Assembly: GCA_038132955.1 (NCBI GenBank)
Contig: JAYPSJ010000010.1
Span: 7,463-71,462, forward strand
Length of the DNA: 64,000 nucleotides
Reading direction: 5' to 3'
DNA from: Flavobacteriaceae bacterium
GTDB taxonomy: Bacteria > Bacteroidota > Bacteroidia > Flavobacteriales > Flavobacteriaceae
Shown here: positions 38,615 to 47,721 of the stretch, piece after piece
How positions within the stretch are numbered: position 1 is the stretch's first letter
Layout: each line of letters starts with the position of its first letter
The notes under the pieces: generated by a model
The model's input: the letters and a program-made list of their open reading frames with translations, nothing else
Told to the model about the DNA's origin: nothing
The model's database searches: none
Made by a program: the position numbers and the translations under genes

Positions 38615-41600
38615 TTAATTTTCTGTTTGGATCACCCATTCCCCCTTTTGAATCAATGGAATGGCTTGTTTGTATTTAAGTGTTTTAGTTTGCCCGTTAA
38701 GCACATGCTTGATGGTCACCTTATCATTACGCCCGATTTTTGGTTGTTCGCGCACTACAGTTTCAACGGCTTGGGCTCTGTTTTGAGTTTGACCTGCAGC
38801 TCTGGCTTGAGCCGAGCGCTCGTCTAGATTTTGTATTTCTTCTTTTTGCTCGCTGTAGTTTTGTTTTTGACGCACTTGCTTCGCTTCACGAATTTGTTGC
38901 TGCTGTTCTTGAGGAAGTTCTCCTTTGAATAAGAAGGAGATGACGTCTTTATTGACAGTCTCAATCATTGATTTAAACAGCTCGAAGGCCTCAAACTTAT
39001 AAATAAGCAGCGGGTCTTTTTGTTCATGTACAGCCAACTGAACACTTTGTTTTAGTTCATCCATTTTGCGCAGATGGGTTTTCCATGCATCATCAATAAT
39101 GGCTAGTGAAATATTCTTTTCAAAGTCAGTAATCAAACCAGCTCCTTGGGTATTGTAGGCCTTTTCCAGATCGGTGGCCACGTTAAGGGTCTTGACTCCA
39201 TCAGTAAAAGGCACCAAAATACGCTTGAACTTATCGCCTTGGGTTTCATAGACATTTTTAATAACCGGATAGGCGATGTCTGCATTGGCCGTCATCTTCT
39301 CTTGATAGTGCTTATAGGCGGCTTTGTATATCAAACCGATGATTTCCTTTTCACTCATCTTGTCAAAGCCATTGGCGTCGACCGGGGCACTCATGGAAAA
39401 ATAGCGAATGAGTTCAAACTCAAAGTTTTTGTAGTCGCCCGCCATTTTATTGGCTTGAGTAATCACTTCTGCCGTGTCATAGATCATATTGGCAATATCT
39501 ACACGCAGTCGCTCTCCAAAAAGCGCATTATAGCGTCTTTTGTAGACCACCTCGCGCTGGGCATTCATGACATCATCGTATTCTAAAAGGCGTTTTCTGA
39601 TGCCAAAATTGTTTTCTTCGACTTTTTTCTGGGCGCGTTCAATGGATTTGGAGATCATGGAATGCTGAATCACTTCACCTTCTTGTAGTCCCAAACGGTC
39701 CATCATTTTGGCGATACGCTCACTTCCGAAAAGGCGCATGAGATTATCCTCAAGTGAAACATAGAATTGAGAACTTCCTGGGTCTCCCTGGCGGCCACTA
39801 CGTCCGCGGAGCTGCCGGTCAACACGTCTTGAGTCGTGACGCTCTGTACCGATAATGGCCAAACCACCGGCTTTCTTTACTGTGTCGGTGAGTTTAATAT
39901 CCGTACCACGGCCTGCCATATTGGTGGCAATAGTTACAATACCACTGTCTCCTGCTTCGGCGACAATATCGGCTTCCTTTTTGTGGAGTTTGGCATTAAG
40001 CACATTGTGTTTTATTCCTCTGATCCCAAGCATACGACTTAGAAGCTCTGATATCTCTACTGAAGTGGTTCCGATAAGTACCGGGCGACCTGCTTGTGAG
40101 AGTTGCATCACTTCGTCTATGACGGCATTGTATTTCTCCCGCTTGGTCTTGTAAATTTTATCGTCTCTATCATCACGAGCAATCGGTCGGTTCGTCGGGA
40201 TTTCAACCACATCGAGTTTGTAAATTTCCCAAAGCTCACCAGCCTCCGTGACGGCGGTTCCGGTCATTCCTGAAAGCTTGCGGTACATGCGGAAGTAGTT
40301 CTGCAATGTAATGGTAGCAAAAGTCTGGGTCGCGGCCTCGATTTTTACATTTTCTTTGGCCTCAATGGCTTGATGTAATCCGTCGCTATAACGGCGACCG
40401 TCCATGATCCGCCCAGTCTGTTCATCAACAATCATAACACGATTGTCCATCACTACATACTGGGTGTCTTTTTCAAATAGGGTATAGGCTTTGAGTAACT
40501 GATTTAGGGTGTGAATGCGCTCACTCTTGATGCCAAATTCACGGAAAAGCGCTTCTTTTTCTTTGGCTTCATCTTCAAGGGCGAGTCCTTTGGCCTCAAT
40601 TTTAGCGATTTCCATACCGATCTCTGGCATGACAAAAAAGTCTGGATCATCGCTTCCAGAAAGGTAATTCACCCCTTTATCGGTGAGTTCGATTTGATTG
40701 TTCTTTTCGTCTATCACAAAATACAATTCCGCGTCGACCTTCGGCATCTCGCGATTGTTGTCCTGCATGTAGAAGTTTTCAGTCTTTTGCAAGATTTGAC
40801 GTACGCCTTCTTCAGAGAGGAACTTGATTAGCGTCTTATTTTTTGGAAGACCGCGATAGACGCGCAGCAGCTGAAAGCCTCCTTCTTTTTCGTCGCCACT
40901 GGCAATGAGTTTTTTGGCCTCGGCCAAAACTCCTGTAAGGTACTTGCGTTGTTCATCGACAATCGAACTAATTTTTGGTTTGAGTTCGTTAAACTCATGG
41001 CGATCACCCTGGGGTACAGCACCTGAAATAATCAGTGGGGTGCGGGCATCGTCAATAAGGACACTGTCCACCTCATCCACAATGGCGTAGTGGTGGGGTC
41101 TTTGGACCAAATCCTCCGGGGTATGGGACATATTATCCCGCAAATAATCAAAACCAAATTCATTGTTGGTTCCGTAAGTAATGTCTGCATTGTATGCTTT
41201 ACGGCGTGCTGCAGAATTGGGTTGATGCAGGTCGATACAATCGACACTAAGGCCATGAAACTCAAAAATAGGAGCCATCCATGCGCTATCACGTTTGGCC
41301 AAGTAATCGTTTACGGTAACCAGATGAACCCCATGTCCCGCAAGGGCATTGAGGTAGACCGGTAGGGTAGCGACAAGTGTTTTTCCTTCCCCGGTTTGCA
41401 TTTCGGCAACTTTGCCTAGATGCAGGGCGATCCCGCCAATCAGCTGAACATCATAATGGACCATATCCCAGGTCACTTGTTTTCCTGCGGCATCCCAGCT
41501 GTTGGACCAGTGGGCCTCATTCCCTGAAAGCGTAATGTAATTTTTAGTAGCCGAAAATTCACGGTCTTTGGCTGTGGCCGTGACCTTCAGGACCTCATTT

Positions 41601-41974
41601 TCCTTAAAGCGCTTTGCGGTTTCTTTGATTACGGCAAAAGCCTCCGGCAAAATTGCCTCCAAAGTCGTTTTTTCGATAGCATAGCGCTCGTCCTTGAGTC
41701 GGTCGATTTCGTTATAGAGGTCTTCTTTTTTATCGATATCAGCCTCCTCTTCAATGGCGGCATGCAATTCTTGAATTTTTTGTGCGACTTCGGCCTGATT
41801 GTCTTGGATACGCTTACGAAATACATCAGATTTTGCGCGTAATTCATCTAAAGTAAGGGTGGCAATGCTGGGCTCGAATTTCTTGATTTCATACACTAAA
41901 GGCTGAATTTGCCCTAAATCTTGTTTTGATTTATCCCCTACAAATATTTTTAAAACACTGTCTAATAGTCCCAT
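38615..41974 (-). CDS. secA: Preprotein translocase ATPase SecA
   Basis: 1119 aa. MQTGEGKTL Walker A, DEVDSVLIDDARTPLIIS, TNMAGRGTDIKL. Long Bacteroidetes-type C-terminal region. Confidence 0.97.
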   Translation of the reverse strand: MGLLDSVLKIFVGDKSKQDLGQIQPLVYEIKKFEPSIATLTLDELRAKSDVFRKRIQDNQAEVAQKIQELHAAIEEEADIDKKEDLYNEIDRLKDERYAIEKTTLEAILPEAFAVIKETAKRFKENEVLKVTATAKDREFSATKNYITLSGNEAHWSNSWDAAGKQVTWDMVHYDVQLIGGIALHLGKVAEMQTGEGKTLVATLPVYLNALAGHGVHLVTVNDYLAKRDSAWMAPIFEFHGLSVDCIDLHQPNSAARRKAYNADITYGTNNEFGFDYLRDNMSHTPEDLVQRPHHYAIVDEVDSVLIDDARTPLIISGAVPQGDRHEFNELKPKISSIVDEQRKYLTGVLAEAKKLIASGDEKEGGFQLLRVYRGLPKNKTLIKFLSEEGVRQILQKTENFYMQDNNREMPKVDAELYFVIDEKNNQIELTDKGVNYLSGSDDPDFFVMPEIGMEIAKIEAKGLALEDEAKEKEALFREFGIKSERIHTLNQLLKAYTLFEKDTQYVVMDNRVMIVDEQTGRIMDGRRYSDGLHQAIEAKENVKIEAATQTFATITLQNYFRMYRKLSGMTGTAVTEAGELWEIYKLDVVEIPTNRPIARDDRDDKIYKTKREKYNAVIDEVMQLSQAGRPVLIGTTSVEISELLSRMLGIRGIKHNVLNAKLHKKEADIVAEAGDSGIVTIATNMAGRGTDIKLTDTVKKAGGLAIIGTERHDSRRVDRQLRGRSGRQGDPGSSQFYVSLEDNLMRLFGSERIAKMMDRLGLQEGEVIQHSMISKSIERAQKKVEENNFGIRKRLLEYDDVMNAQREVVYKRRYNALFGERLRVDIANMIYDTAEVITQANKMAGDYKNFEFELIRYFSMSAPVDANGFDKMSEKEIIGLIYKAAYKHYQEKMTANADIAYPVIKNVYETQGDKFKRILVPFTDGVKTLNVATDLEKAYNTQGAGLITDFEKNISLAIIDDAWKTHLRKMDELKQSVQLAVHEQKDPLLIYKFEAFELFKSMIETVNKDVISFLFKGELPQEQQQQIREAKQVRQKQNYSEQKEEIQNLDERSAQARAAGQTQNRAQAVETVVREQPKIGRNDKVTIKHVLNGQTKTLKYKQAIPLIQKGEWVIQTEN

Positions 41975-42096
41975 TATTATTGGATTTCGGCCCTGAGCGG
42001 TTGAGGTTGAATACTCATGCGCTTAGCCCTACAAAAAAACGACAAAAACCCACAAATTCAAAGGGTTTGAGCCATTTAATTGGCTTTGGTTATTGT

Positions 42097-42134
42097 AAAA
42101 AAAAAGTCTCAGAACACACACGGGGCCTGAGACT
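42097..42134 (-). terminator. Rho-independent terminator after the DUF2795 gene
   Basis: The minus strand reads AGTCTCAG, a 14-nt loop, CTGAGACT, then a T9 run (stem arms at 42105-42112 and 42127-42134). Confidence 0.65.
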
Positions 42135-42157
42135 TTGTTCAGCAGTAATGCCGCTGA

Positions 42158-42379
42158 TTAATATTCATCTTCGTTCCACAGATAATCTTCGTCTGTGGGG
42201 TAATCTGGCCAAATTTCATCTATTGAGTCATAAGAATCACCTTCATCTTCAATAGATTGAAGGTTTTCAACGACCTCTAGAGGAGCTCCTGTACGGATCG
42301 CATAATCAATCAATTCGTCTTTGGTTGCCGGCCAAGGCGCATCGCTTAAATAGGATGCCAATTCTAATGTCCAGTACAT
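42158..42379 (-). CDS. DUF2795 domain-containing protein
   Basis: Start trimmed to MYWTLELASYL (ATG 42379). WPATKDELIDYAIRTGAPLEVVENLQ matches the DUF2795 pattern. Acidic tail. Confidence 0.65.
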   Translation of the reverse strand: MYWTLELASYLSDAPWPATKDELIDYAIRTGAPLEVVENLQSIEDEGDSYDSIDEIWPDYPTDEDYLWNEDEY

Positions 42380-42509
42380 AACAGAATTCCGTTTAGTTTT
42401 TTGCAAAAATAAATTTTTACCGCAGAAAGTCAAGTAAAAAGATATTTAATTCATCATTATTTAAAAGAACAGATTCAAAGTACTGAAAAACAGTGGGTTA
42501 AATAGTTGT

Positions 42510-43061
42510 TTATGGCTCCCACTTTACTTCTTCAATACCCAAATCAAAAGTCAATTTCCGTGCCAAGACAAAAAGGTAGTCAGAAAGGCGGTTTAAATAT
42601 TGAATGACCTCAGAAGGTACGGCGTGATTTTCGGCCAAAAGTGTCACGCGGCGCTCGCCACGGCGGCAAACCGTGCGGGCGATGTGACAATATGACACTA
42701 TGGTGTGGCCTCCTGGGAGGATGAAGTGGGTCATGGGGGGGAGCACTTCATTCATCTGGTCGATGGCTGTTTCCAGAGCGGTTATATGATTAGGTTGGAT
42801 AGTGGGTGTTTTCCGCGATTTTACGGCCGATTCTTCTTGAGGATTTGCCAGTTGAGCTCCTAGAACGAAGAGTTCGTTTTGTATGGCCCCGAGTTGTTTT
42901 TTATATTCCTGAGCAATACCTTGACTCATTAAAAGACCGATATAGGAGTTGAGTTCGTCCAAAGTGCCATAAGCCTCAATACGCTGATGGTGTTTGGGTA
43001 CCCGCGCTCCATCAAAAAGTGAAGTATTGCCTTGATCTCCGGTTTTGGTATATATTTTCAT
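42510..43061 (-). CDS. pduO: ATP:cob(I)alamin adenosyltransferase, PduO type
   Basis: MKIYTKTGDQGNTSL...EAYGTLDELNSYIG...ARTVCRRGER are hallmark PduO/MMAB motifs. 183 aa. Confidence 0.9.
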   Translation of the reverse strand: MKIYTKTGDQGNTSLFDGARVPKHHQRIEAYGTLDELNSYIGLLMSQGIAQEYKKQLGAIQNELFVLGAQLANPQEESAVKSRKTPTIQPNHITALETAIDQMNEVLPPMTHFILPGGHTIVSYCHIARTVCRRGERRVTLLAENHAVPSEVIQYLNRLSDYLFVLARKLTFDLGIEEVKWEP

Positions 43062-43068
43062 GATCTAT

Positions 43069-43221
43069 TTATTTTTTTATTCGCGTTTTTCCCAGGCGCT
43101 TTTCTTTGAATGAAGTACGAAAGTTCCTCTGACCACGCTGACGTCGAGCCTTCTGAACGCGGAAATTGTTCCACACCACAACCACAAGCAGTAAAAAGGC
43201 GATTAAAGTCCAAGTGAGCAT
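43069..43221 (-). CDS. Possible small single-TM protein with a basic tail (weak call)
   Basis: MLTWTLIAFLLLVVVVWNNF followed by an Arg/Lys-rich tail. It fills the 176-nt gap between the ABC ATPase and pduO. No family recognised and it could be non-coding. Confidence 0.3.
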   Translation of the reverse strand: MLTWTLIAFLLLVVVVWNNFRVQKARRQRGQRNFRTSFKEKRLGKTRIKK

Positions 43222-43237
43222 GATCGAAGATTTAGAG

Positions 43238-43924
43238 TTACTTGGTTTTGGTATCGCTTTCAATTACCCCATCACGCAGTCGGATCACCCTTTGAGCGCG
43301 GGCTGCGATGTCTTCTTCATGGGTCACCAGGATGACTGTATTGCCGGCTTTATGAATATCGTCAAAGAGTTGCATGATCTCTAACGAGGTTTTAGAGTCC
43401 AAATTTCCAGTGGGCTCATCGGCCAAAATAATTGAGGGTTTGTTTACCAAAGCGCGCCCTACCGCCACACGTTGTCTTTGTCCACCTGAAAGCTGATTCG
43501 GACGGTGATCCATTCGATCTGAAAGGCCTACGTCCGCGAGCACCTCACTAGCACGCTCATGCCTTTGCTGTTTGCCATAACCTGCGTAAACCATGGGGAG
43601 GGCAACATTGTCCAATGCCGTTGTTCGAGGCAGCAGGTTAAAGGTCTGGAAGACAAAGCCGATTTCTTTATTGCGAATTTCTGCCAGTTCATCGTCACTC
43701 ATGCTGCTCACATCGATTCCGTTAAGTTCATAATTACCTGAGGTCGGCGTGTCGAGACAACCCAACAAATTCATTAAGGTAGATTTACCAGAACCCGATG
43801 GTCCCATCAGGGCGACGTATTCTCCTTTTTCAATGTCCAAGTCTATTCCTTTGAGCACTTTTACCACCTCTTGTCCCAGTGGGAAATCACGGGTAATCGA
43901 GCGGATTTTAATGACCTTACTCAT
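43238..43924 (-). CDS. ABC transporter ATP-binding protein (LolD/MacB-type)
   Basis: [35 protein letters not shown]. 228 aa. No FtsX-type permease gene is adjacent. Confidence 0.85.
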   Translation of the reverse strand: MSKVIKIRSITRDFPLGQEVVKVLKGIDLDIEKGEYVALMGPSGSGKSTLMNLLGCLDTPTSGNYELNGIDVSSMSDDELAEIRNKEIGFVFQTFNLLPRTTALDNVALPMVYAGYGKQQRHERASEVLADVGLSDRMDHRPNQLSGGQRQRVAVGRALVNKPSIILADEPTGNLDSKTSLEIMQLFDDIHKAGNTVILVTHEEDIAARAQRVIRLRDGVIESDTKTK

Positions 43925-44060
43925 GCAATTAATTTGAGTCCAAAGTTACTGATTTTATTCACAATCAAATTATGGTAATTTGCAATCAAATTTCATATGT
44001 TCAAGTCGTTCGCTCCACAATTTCTAATTGTTGTGACTTTGAATCGAATCACGAGATCAC

Positions 44061-44111
44061 ACCCGAATCTCGCAGGTCAAACCTGAATCTCGCAGGTTAA
44101 ACCCGAATCAC
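44061..44111. repeat. 2.5 copies of a 20-nt tandem repeat spanning the stop codon of the methyltransferase gene
   Basis: acccgaatctcgcaggtcaa (44061-44080), acctgaatctcgcaggttaa (44081-44100), acccgaatcac (44101-44111). Each full unit contains an ACC(C/T)G...CAGGT inverted repeat. Confidence 0.85.
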
Positions 44112-44951
44112 AAAATCTTCTTTGGCTTGGGTGGAGTGGAAAAATAAAAAGCCACAGAAAAAGCTGTCGATGGAAACACTCAACTTAGGGTCCTTGATAA
44201 TTTGCTGCCAGGCGGCGCTCATGCCTGGGGACCAATGGATATCATCAATAATTAAAACCGTTTTGTCGTGGGTATACTTTTTAAGGCTTTCAAAATAATG
44301 CAGGGTGGCTGGTCCGTCGTGATGGCCATCGAGGTAAATTAGGTCAAAGGTTGCCTGGGTACCATGTGCGGTTTTTGAATCCGGGAAGTCCTGCAGGCCC
44401 TGAAATTCATTCAGTAAATCTTCAAACTTTTTGTTGATCAGTGCTATGGCATTGAGGTCAGGATTATTTGAGCCCCAGCGCACAAAATTATTTTGGGTGT
44501 ATTGGGCGGTCTCTGGGCAGCCCTCTACGGTAATCAGACGCTTTGGTTTTGCGCCCATACAAAGGGCTGTAGCACCCATGCCCGAATGCGTACCTAGTTC
44601 CAGGATCTGCGCCGGCTTAAAATAAGCCCCGAGTCGATATAGCAATTGTTGTCTTTTTTTTGAGGCCCCTGCGTGACGTAACATGCTTTGGACTTTTTTA
44701 GAGGTCTTATTGAGCTGGCCCACCCGTGAACCTGAGCCCAAATCAGTGACCTCTAGTATGGTATCAGATTTTGCCAGCGCGCGGCGAAATTGCCCTAGCC
44801 GGTCATAGTCCTGATAATGCGCTGAATCGTAAAAACATTGGGTCACCAAGTCATATACAAAAGGGGAGTGTACCCCGTGCTGGTTTTTGGACCGAACGAG
44901 GAACTTTAGGTATTGTTTCAGACTGTAGCCCGCGGCCGGAAATGAAATCAT
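44097..44951 (-). CDS. Class I SAM-dependent methyltransferase (O-methyltransferase family 3-like)
   Basis: ILELGTHSGMGATAL (SAM motif I) and DLIYLDGHH. Start set to ATG 44951 (the ORF-track start at 44963 is GTG). Confidence 0.7.
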   Translation of the reverse strand: MISFPAAGYSLKQYLKFLVRSKNQHGVHSPFVYDLVTQCFYDSAHYQDYDRLGQFRRALAKSDTILEVTDLGSGSRVGQLNKTSKKVQSMLRHAGASKKRQQLLYRLGAYFKPAQILELGTHSGMGATALCMGAKPKRLITVEGCPETAQYTQNNFVRWGSNNPDLNAIALINKKFEDLLNEFQGLQDFPDSKTAHGTQATFDLIYLDGHHDGPATLHYFESLKKYTHDKTVLIIDDIHWSPGMSAAWQQIIKDPKLSVSIDSFFCGFLFFHSTQAKEDFVIRV

Positions 44952-45206
44952 TTTAGATACCACCCTTTGGTTCAGGACAAAATAAAGGGATTTATAGGAC
45001 TTATGCCTTAATAAGATTTTGATTTTGCCCCCCTTCGATTATATTTGTGTTAAACAACCCGGATTTAATGATCAAGGCGCCTCAAATTTTTCTGCTTATT
45101 TTTTTGCTTTGCTTGGGCCAGAAAGAGCGCATAAAAAAGGCCTTCAGTTTTCTTTCTGGCGATCCGCGATACCTGGCTTCTGCCAACTCACTTTTTAACT
45201 TTTAAC

Positions 45207-46529
45207 CTAGATTTCTATTTTAATGGCGCTTCGGCTATAGATAAACCGTATCAGAAGCCCTGCGATAAATGGCCATAACGTCGGGGCAAAAGATTGCACC
45301 CCAGTGAATTGATGCATTATCATCAGTACCAGCATCAAAATCAAAAATAGCTGGTAATTAGAGAGCCATCGCAAACTTGACTTGTTAAAACTCAATAGCC
45401 AAACCACTAGTGAAGTGGGCATAGCCCAAAGAAGGTTGTAATTCATTTTAGTCGCCAAATGATCTGTTCCAAACCAAAGCAGCACCAGTAAAATCCCTAT
45501 AAATCCAGTGACCCCCCAAATAATGCGGTCGGTCAGTGCGCAGCGCTTTGCTCTTTTATAATCGCGCCAGCTAATGAGCACTAGGCTGAGCCCTATAAGG
45601 CTCATAAAAAATAAAGGTGAGGTTAAAAATCCAAGTACCCCCACATGAGATTCTACGGGTTCTTCCGTATCCGCACTGGCAGCCAAAGCTACACCATTAG
45701 ACGACATTGTGTCATTACCGCCCACGCTTTCATGATTGCTCAAAGGATCAAACAACATCGACTCACTGCTAATCAAGGGCTGTGTGCCCTCAGAGTTTTC
45801 TATTGTTGCCGCACCGTGTGCTTGGGCCACATATTTAGGTAAAAATTGAAATTGCCATGGGGTTGCTGGGACATCAACTACAGCCCCGATGGCGATATCC
45901 ATGCATAGGCTGCCCCAATCATTGTAAGGAACTTGGGATTGAATCAGCTGCCTAAAATTCATCGGCGCAGGATCAAAACCAGCCGTGTAATTTAGCTGAT
46001 TTCCCAAATTACTGACCAGCACATCGCGAATGCGCGTGGCGCAGTTATCATAAAAAAAGTCGTAGCGATAATCTTTATTCTCCGGCCTTGCATTCCACAT
46101 TAAAAATAAGAAAAGCCGTGCTTTTTGTTCTGAATCCAGATTTAAAACCTGCTGACGAACACTTCGATTTTGCTTTTTATAATAATTGATAAATCCCTGA
46201 AAATAGCCCGCACTGAGTGCATAGAGCAGTTGTCCTTGAACAAATTTTCCATAGAAATTAGGCGCATTAAAATCATAAGTCCCATAATTAAAGGTCCAGT
46301 CTATATTATTCACCGAATCCTTTACCCGAAATGCACTATGGCCAAATCGATCGTAAAGAGCAGTCCCTGGACCCACTGTCAATATGCTTATCTCAGCTTC
46401 TGGAGATAATTCATTTGGCGATGAGACTTGCCCAAATAATGAATTTATGCACCCGATGATTAAAACCAAAACGCCAATATACCGCCTTAACCGTCCTTTG
46501 AACTCCAAATCAAAACCTATTAAATTCAT
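45207..46529 (-). CDS. DUF4105 (Lnb N-terminal periplasmic domain) protein with C-terminal TM bundle
   Basis: ISILTVGPGTALYDRFGHSAFRV...WTFNYGTYDF is the DUF4105 signature. About 4 TM helices lie in the last 130 aa. Confidence 0.7.
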   Translation of the reverse strand: MNLIGFDLEFKGRLRRYIGVLVLIIGCINSLFGQVSSPNELSPEAEISILTVGPGTALYDRFGHSAFRVKDSVNNIDWTFNYGTYDFNAPNFYGKFVQGQLLYALSAGYFQGFINYYKKQNRSVRQQVLNLDSEQKARLFLFLMWNARPENKDYRYDFFYDNCATRIRDVLVSNLGNQLNYTAGFDPAPMNFRQLIQSQVPYNDWGSLCMDIAIGAVVDVPATPWQFQFLPKYVAQAHGAATIENSEGTQPLISSESMLFDPLSNHESVGGNDTMSSNGVALAASADTEEPVESHVGVLGFLTSPLFFMSLIGLSLVLISWRDYKRAKRCALTDRIIWGVTGFIGILLVLLWFGTDHLATKMNYNLLWAMPTSLVVWLLSFNKSSLRWLSNYQLFLILMLVLMIMHQFTGVQSFAPTLWPFIAGLLIRFIYSRSAIKIEI

Positions 46530-46540
46530 GAGTACTGTTT

Positions 46541-47614
46541 TTATCTAAAATAGGACCAATCCAAAGTTAAACTAAAAATGTTACTGTATAGGGCAGTACT
46601 TTGGTCCCCAATATCGGTTAGTGCATAATCCACCTTGATGCCTTTGTATTTAAAGCCAAGGCCCAGATTGGGCTGAAACTCTGTAGTGGTCTCCCCAAAT
46701 ATATCCACTCCATTTTGCAGATTTCCGGCGCCCAAGCGCGCATAGACGATATCCAAATACCCTAATTCGAGCCCCAGGGCAGGAGTCATACTGAATCCCT
46801 CAGTGGCAATGATATCATTCGTTTGGGTAAAGCGCATATTTAGATCAAGCTCTGCACGTAAACTCAAATCACTGCGGAATTCCCATCGCCTTGCGACGCC
46901 GAGTTGCGCTTTGGGCAGAGTGATTTCTGTGGTTTCTGGAGCCTCTTGATTTTGTCCAAAGACTGCTCCCGAAATATTGCTAAAGGCCTCTTGATTGACC
47001 TGCCAAGTATTAAAAGTGGTGGTCACATCGCGCAGCATGAGTCCAAATTGCCAAGTGTCGCGAATCTTGTATTGCATCCCTAGGTCAAAACCAAAGCCCC
47101 ACGAACTGGCAAAATCTCCGATAATACGTCTGATGATTTTGGCATTGCCACCGACTTCAATTCCCGGTAGCTGCAGTCTTTTGGCAAAAGAAAAAGTAAG
47201 GGCATAATCGGCGGCACTAAATAGGGTAATGTTGTCGTAGTTGATATTACCTTGACTATCAATAAGCTGTGTGGTGTTTAAAATATTATCCACCCCAAAG
47301 CGGATAAGAGAAATCCCTATAGCTCGGTCCTGATCCAGGGGCATGGCAAATGCTGCATAATCGTAATTGGCGATATTGGCAAAATAGGAGGCGTGCATGA
47401 GTCCCATTTGCTGATACTCAAGGTTTAATAGACCCGCAGGATTCCAATAACCTGAATTTACATCGCCACTAGAAGCAACCACGGCATTGGCCATTCCCAT
47501 AGCGGCAGCATCCACACCGATATTCAAGAATTCATTTGAATACTTACGACTTGTTTGGGCCAATAAAGCCAAACTCCAAATGGCGCAGGTCCAAAAAATA
47601 ATGGGTCTCATCAT
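46541..47614 (-). CDS. PorV/PorQ-family outer-membrane beta-barrel (T9SS-associated, FadL-like)
   Basis: Signal peptide. YSNEFLNIGVDAAAMGMANAVVASSGDVNSGYWNPAGL matches the N-terminal motif I recall for the PorV/PorQ (PorV2) family. C-terminal aromatic residue (YFR). Confidence 0.6.
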   Translation of the reverse strand: MMRPIIFWTCAIWSLALLAQTSRKYSNEFLNIGVDAAAMGMANAVVASSGDVNSGYWNPAGLLNLEYQQMGLMHASYFANIANYDYAAFAMPLDQDRAIGISLIRFGVDNILNTTQLIDSQGNINYDNITLFSAADYALTFSFAKRLQLPGIEVGGNAKIIRRIIGDFASSWGFGFDLGMQYKIRDTWQFGLMLRDVTTTFNTWQVNQEAFSNISGAVFGQNQEAPETTEITLPKAQLGVARRWEFRSDLSLRAELDLNMRFTQTNDIIATEGFSMTPALGLELGYLDIVYARLGAGNLQNGVDIFGETTTEFQPNLGLGFKYKGIKVDYALTDIGDQSTALYSNIFSLTLDWSYFR

Positions 47615-47721
47615 AGCTCAAACAAATATCACACTATTTTTATGATTAATAAACTACATTTTATGAGCCTTATTGCAGTAGGCCAAAATATCTTAGTACT
47701 TTTATCAAAAGCAATACACCA

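Noticed and set aside
38615-41974. Numerous 60-146-aa ORFs antisense to or out of frame within secA (for example 39146-39586 and 40511-40831). Similar ones occur inside glnN, icmF, dnaJ (22385-22744), the DPP3-like M49 peptidase gene, recQ, crtI, the GT39 gene and others.
   Set aside because: All are nested in long, well-supported genes, have no recognisable motifs, and show the low-complexity composition typical of shadow ORFs.
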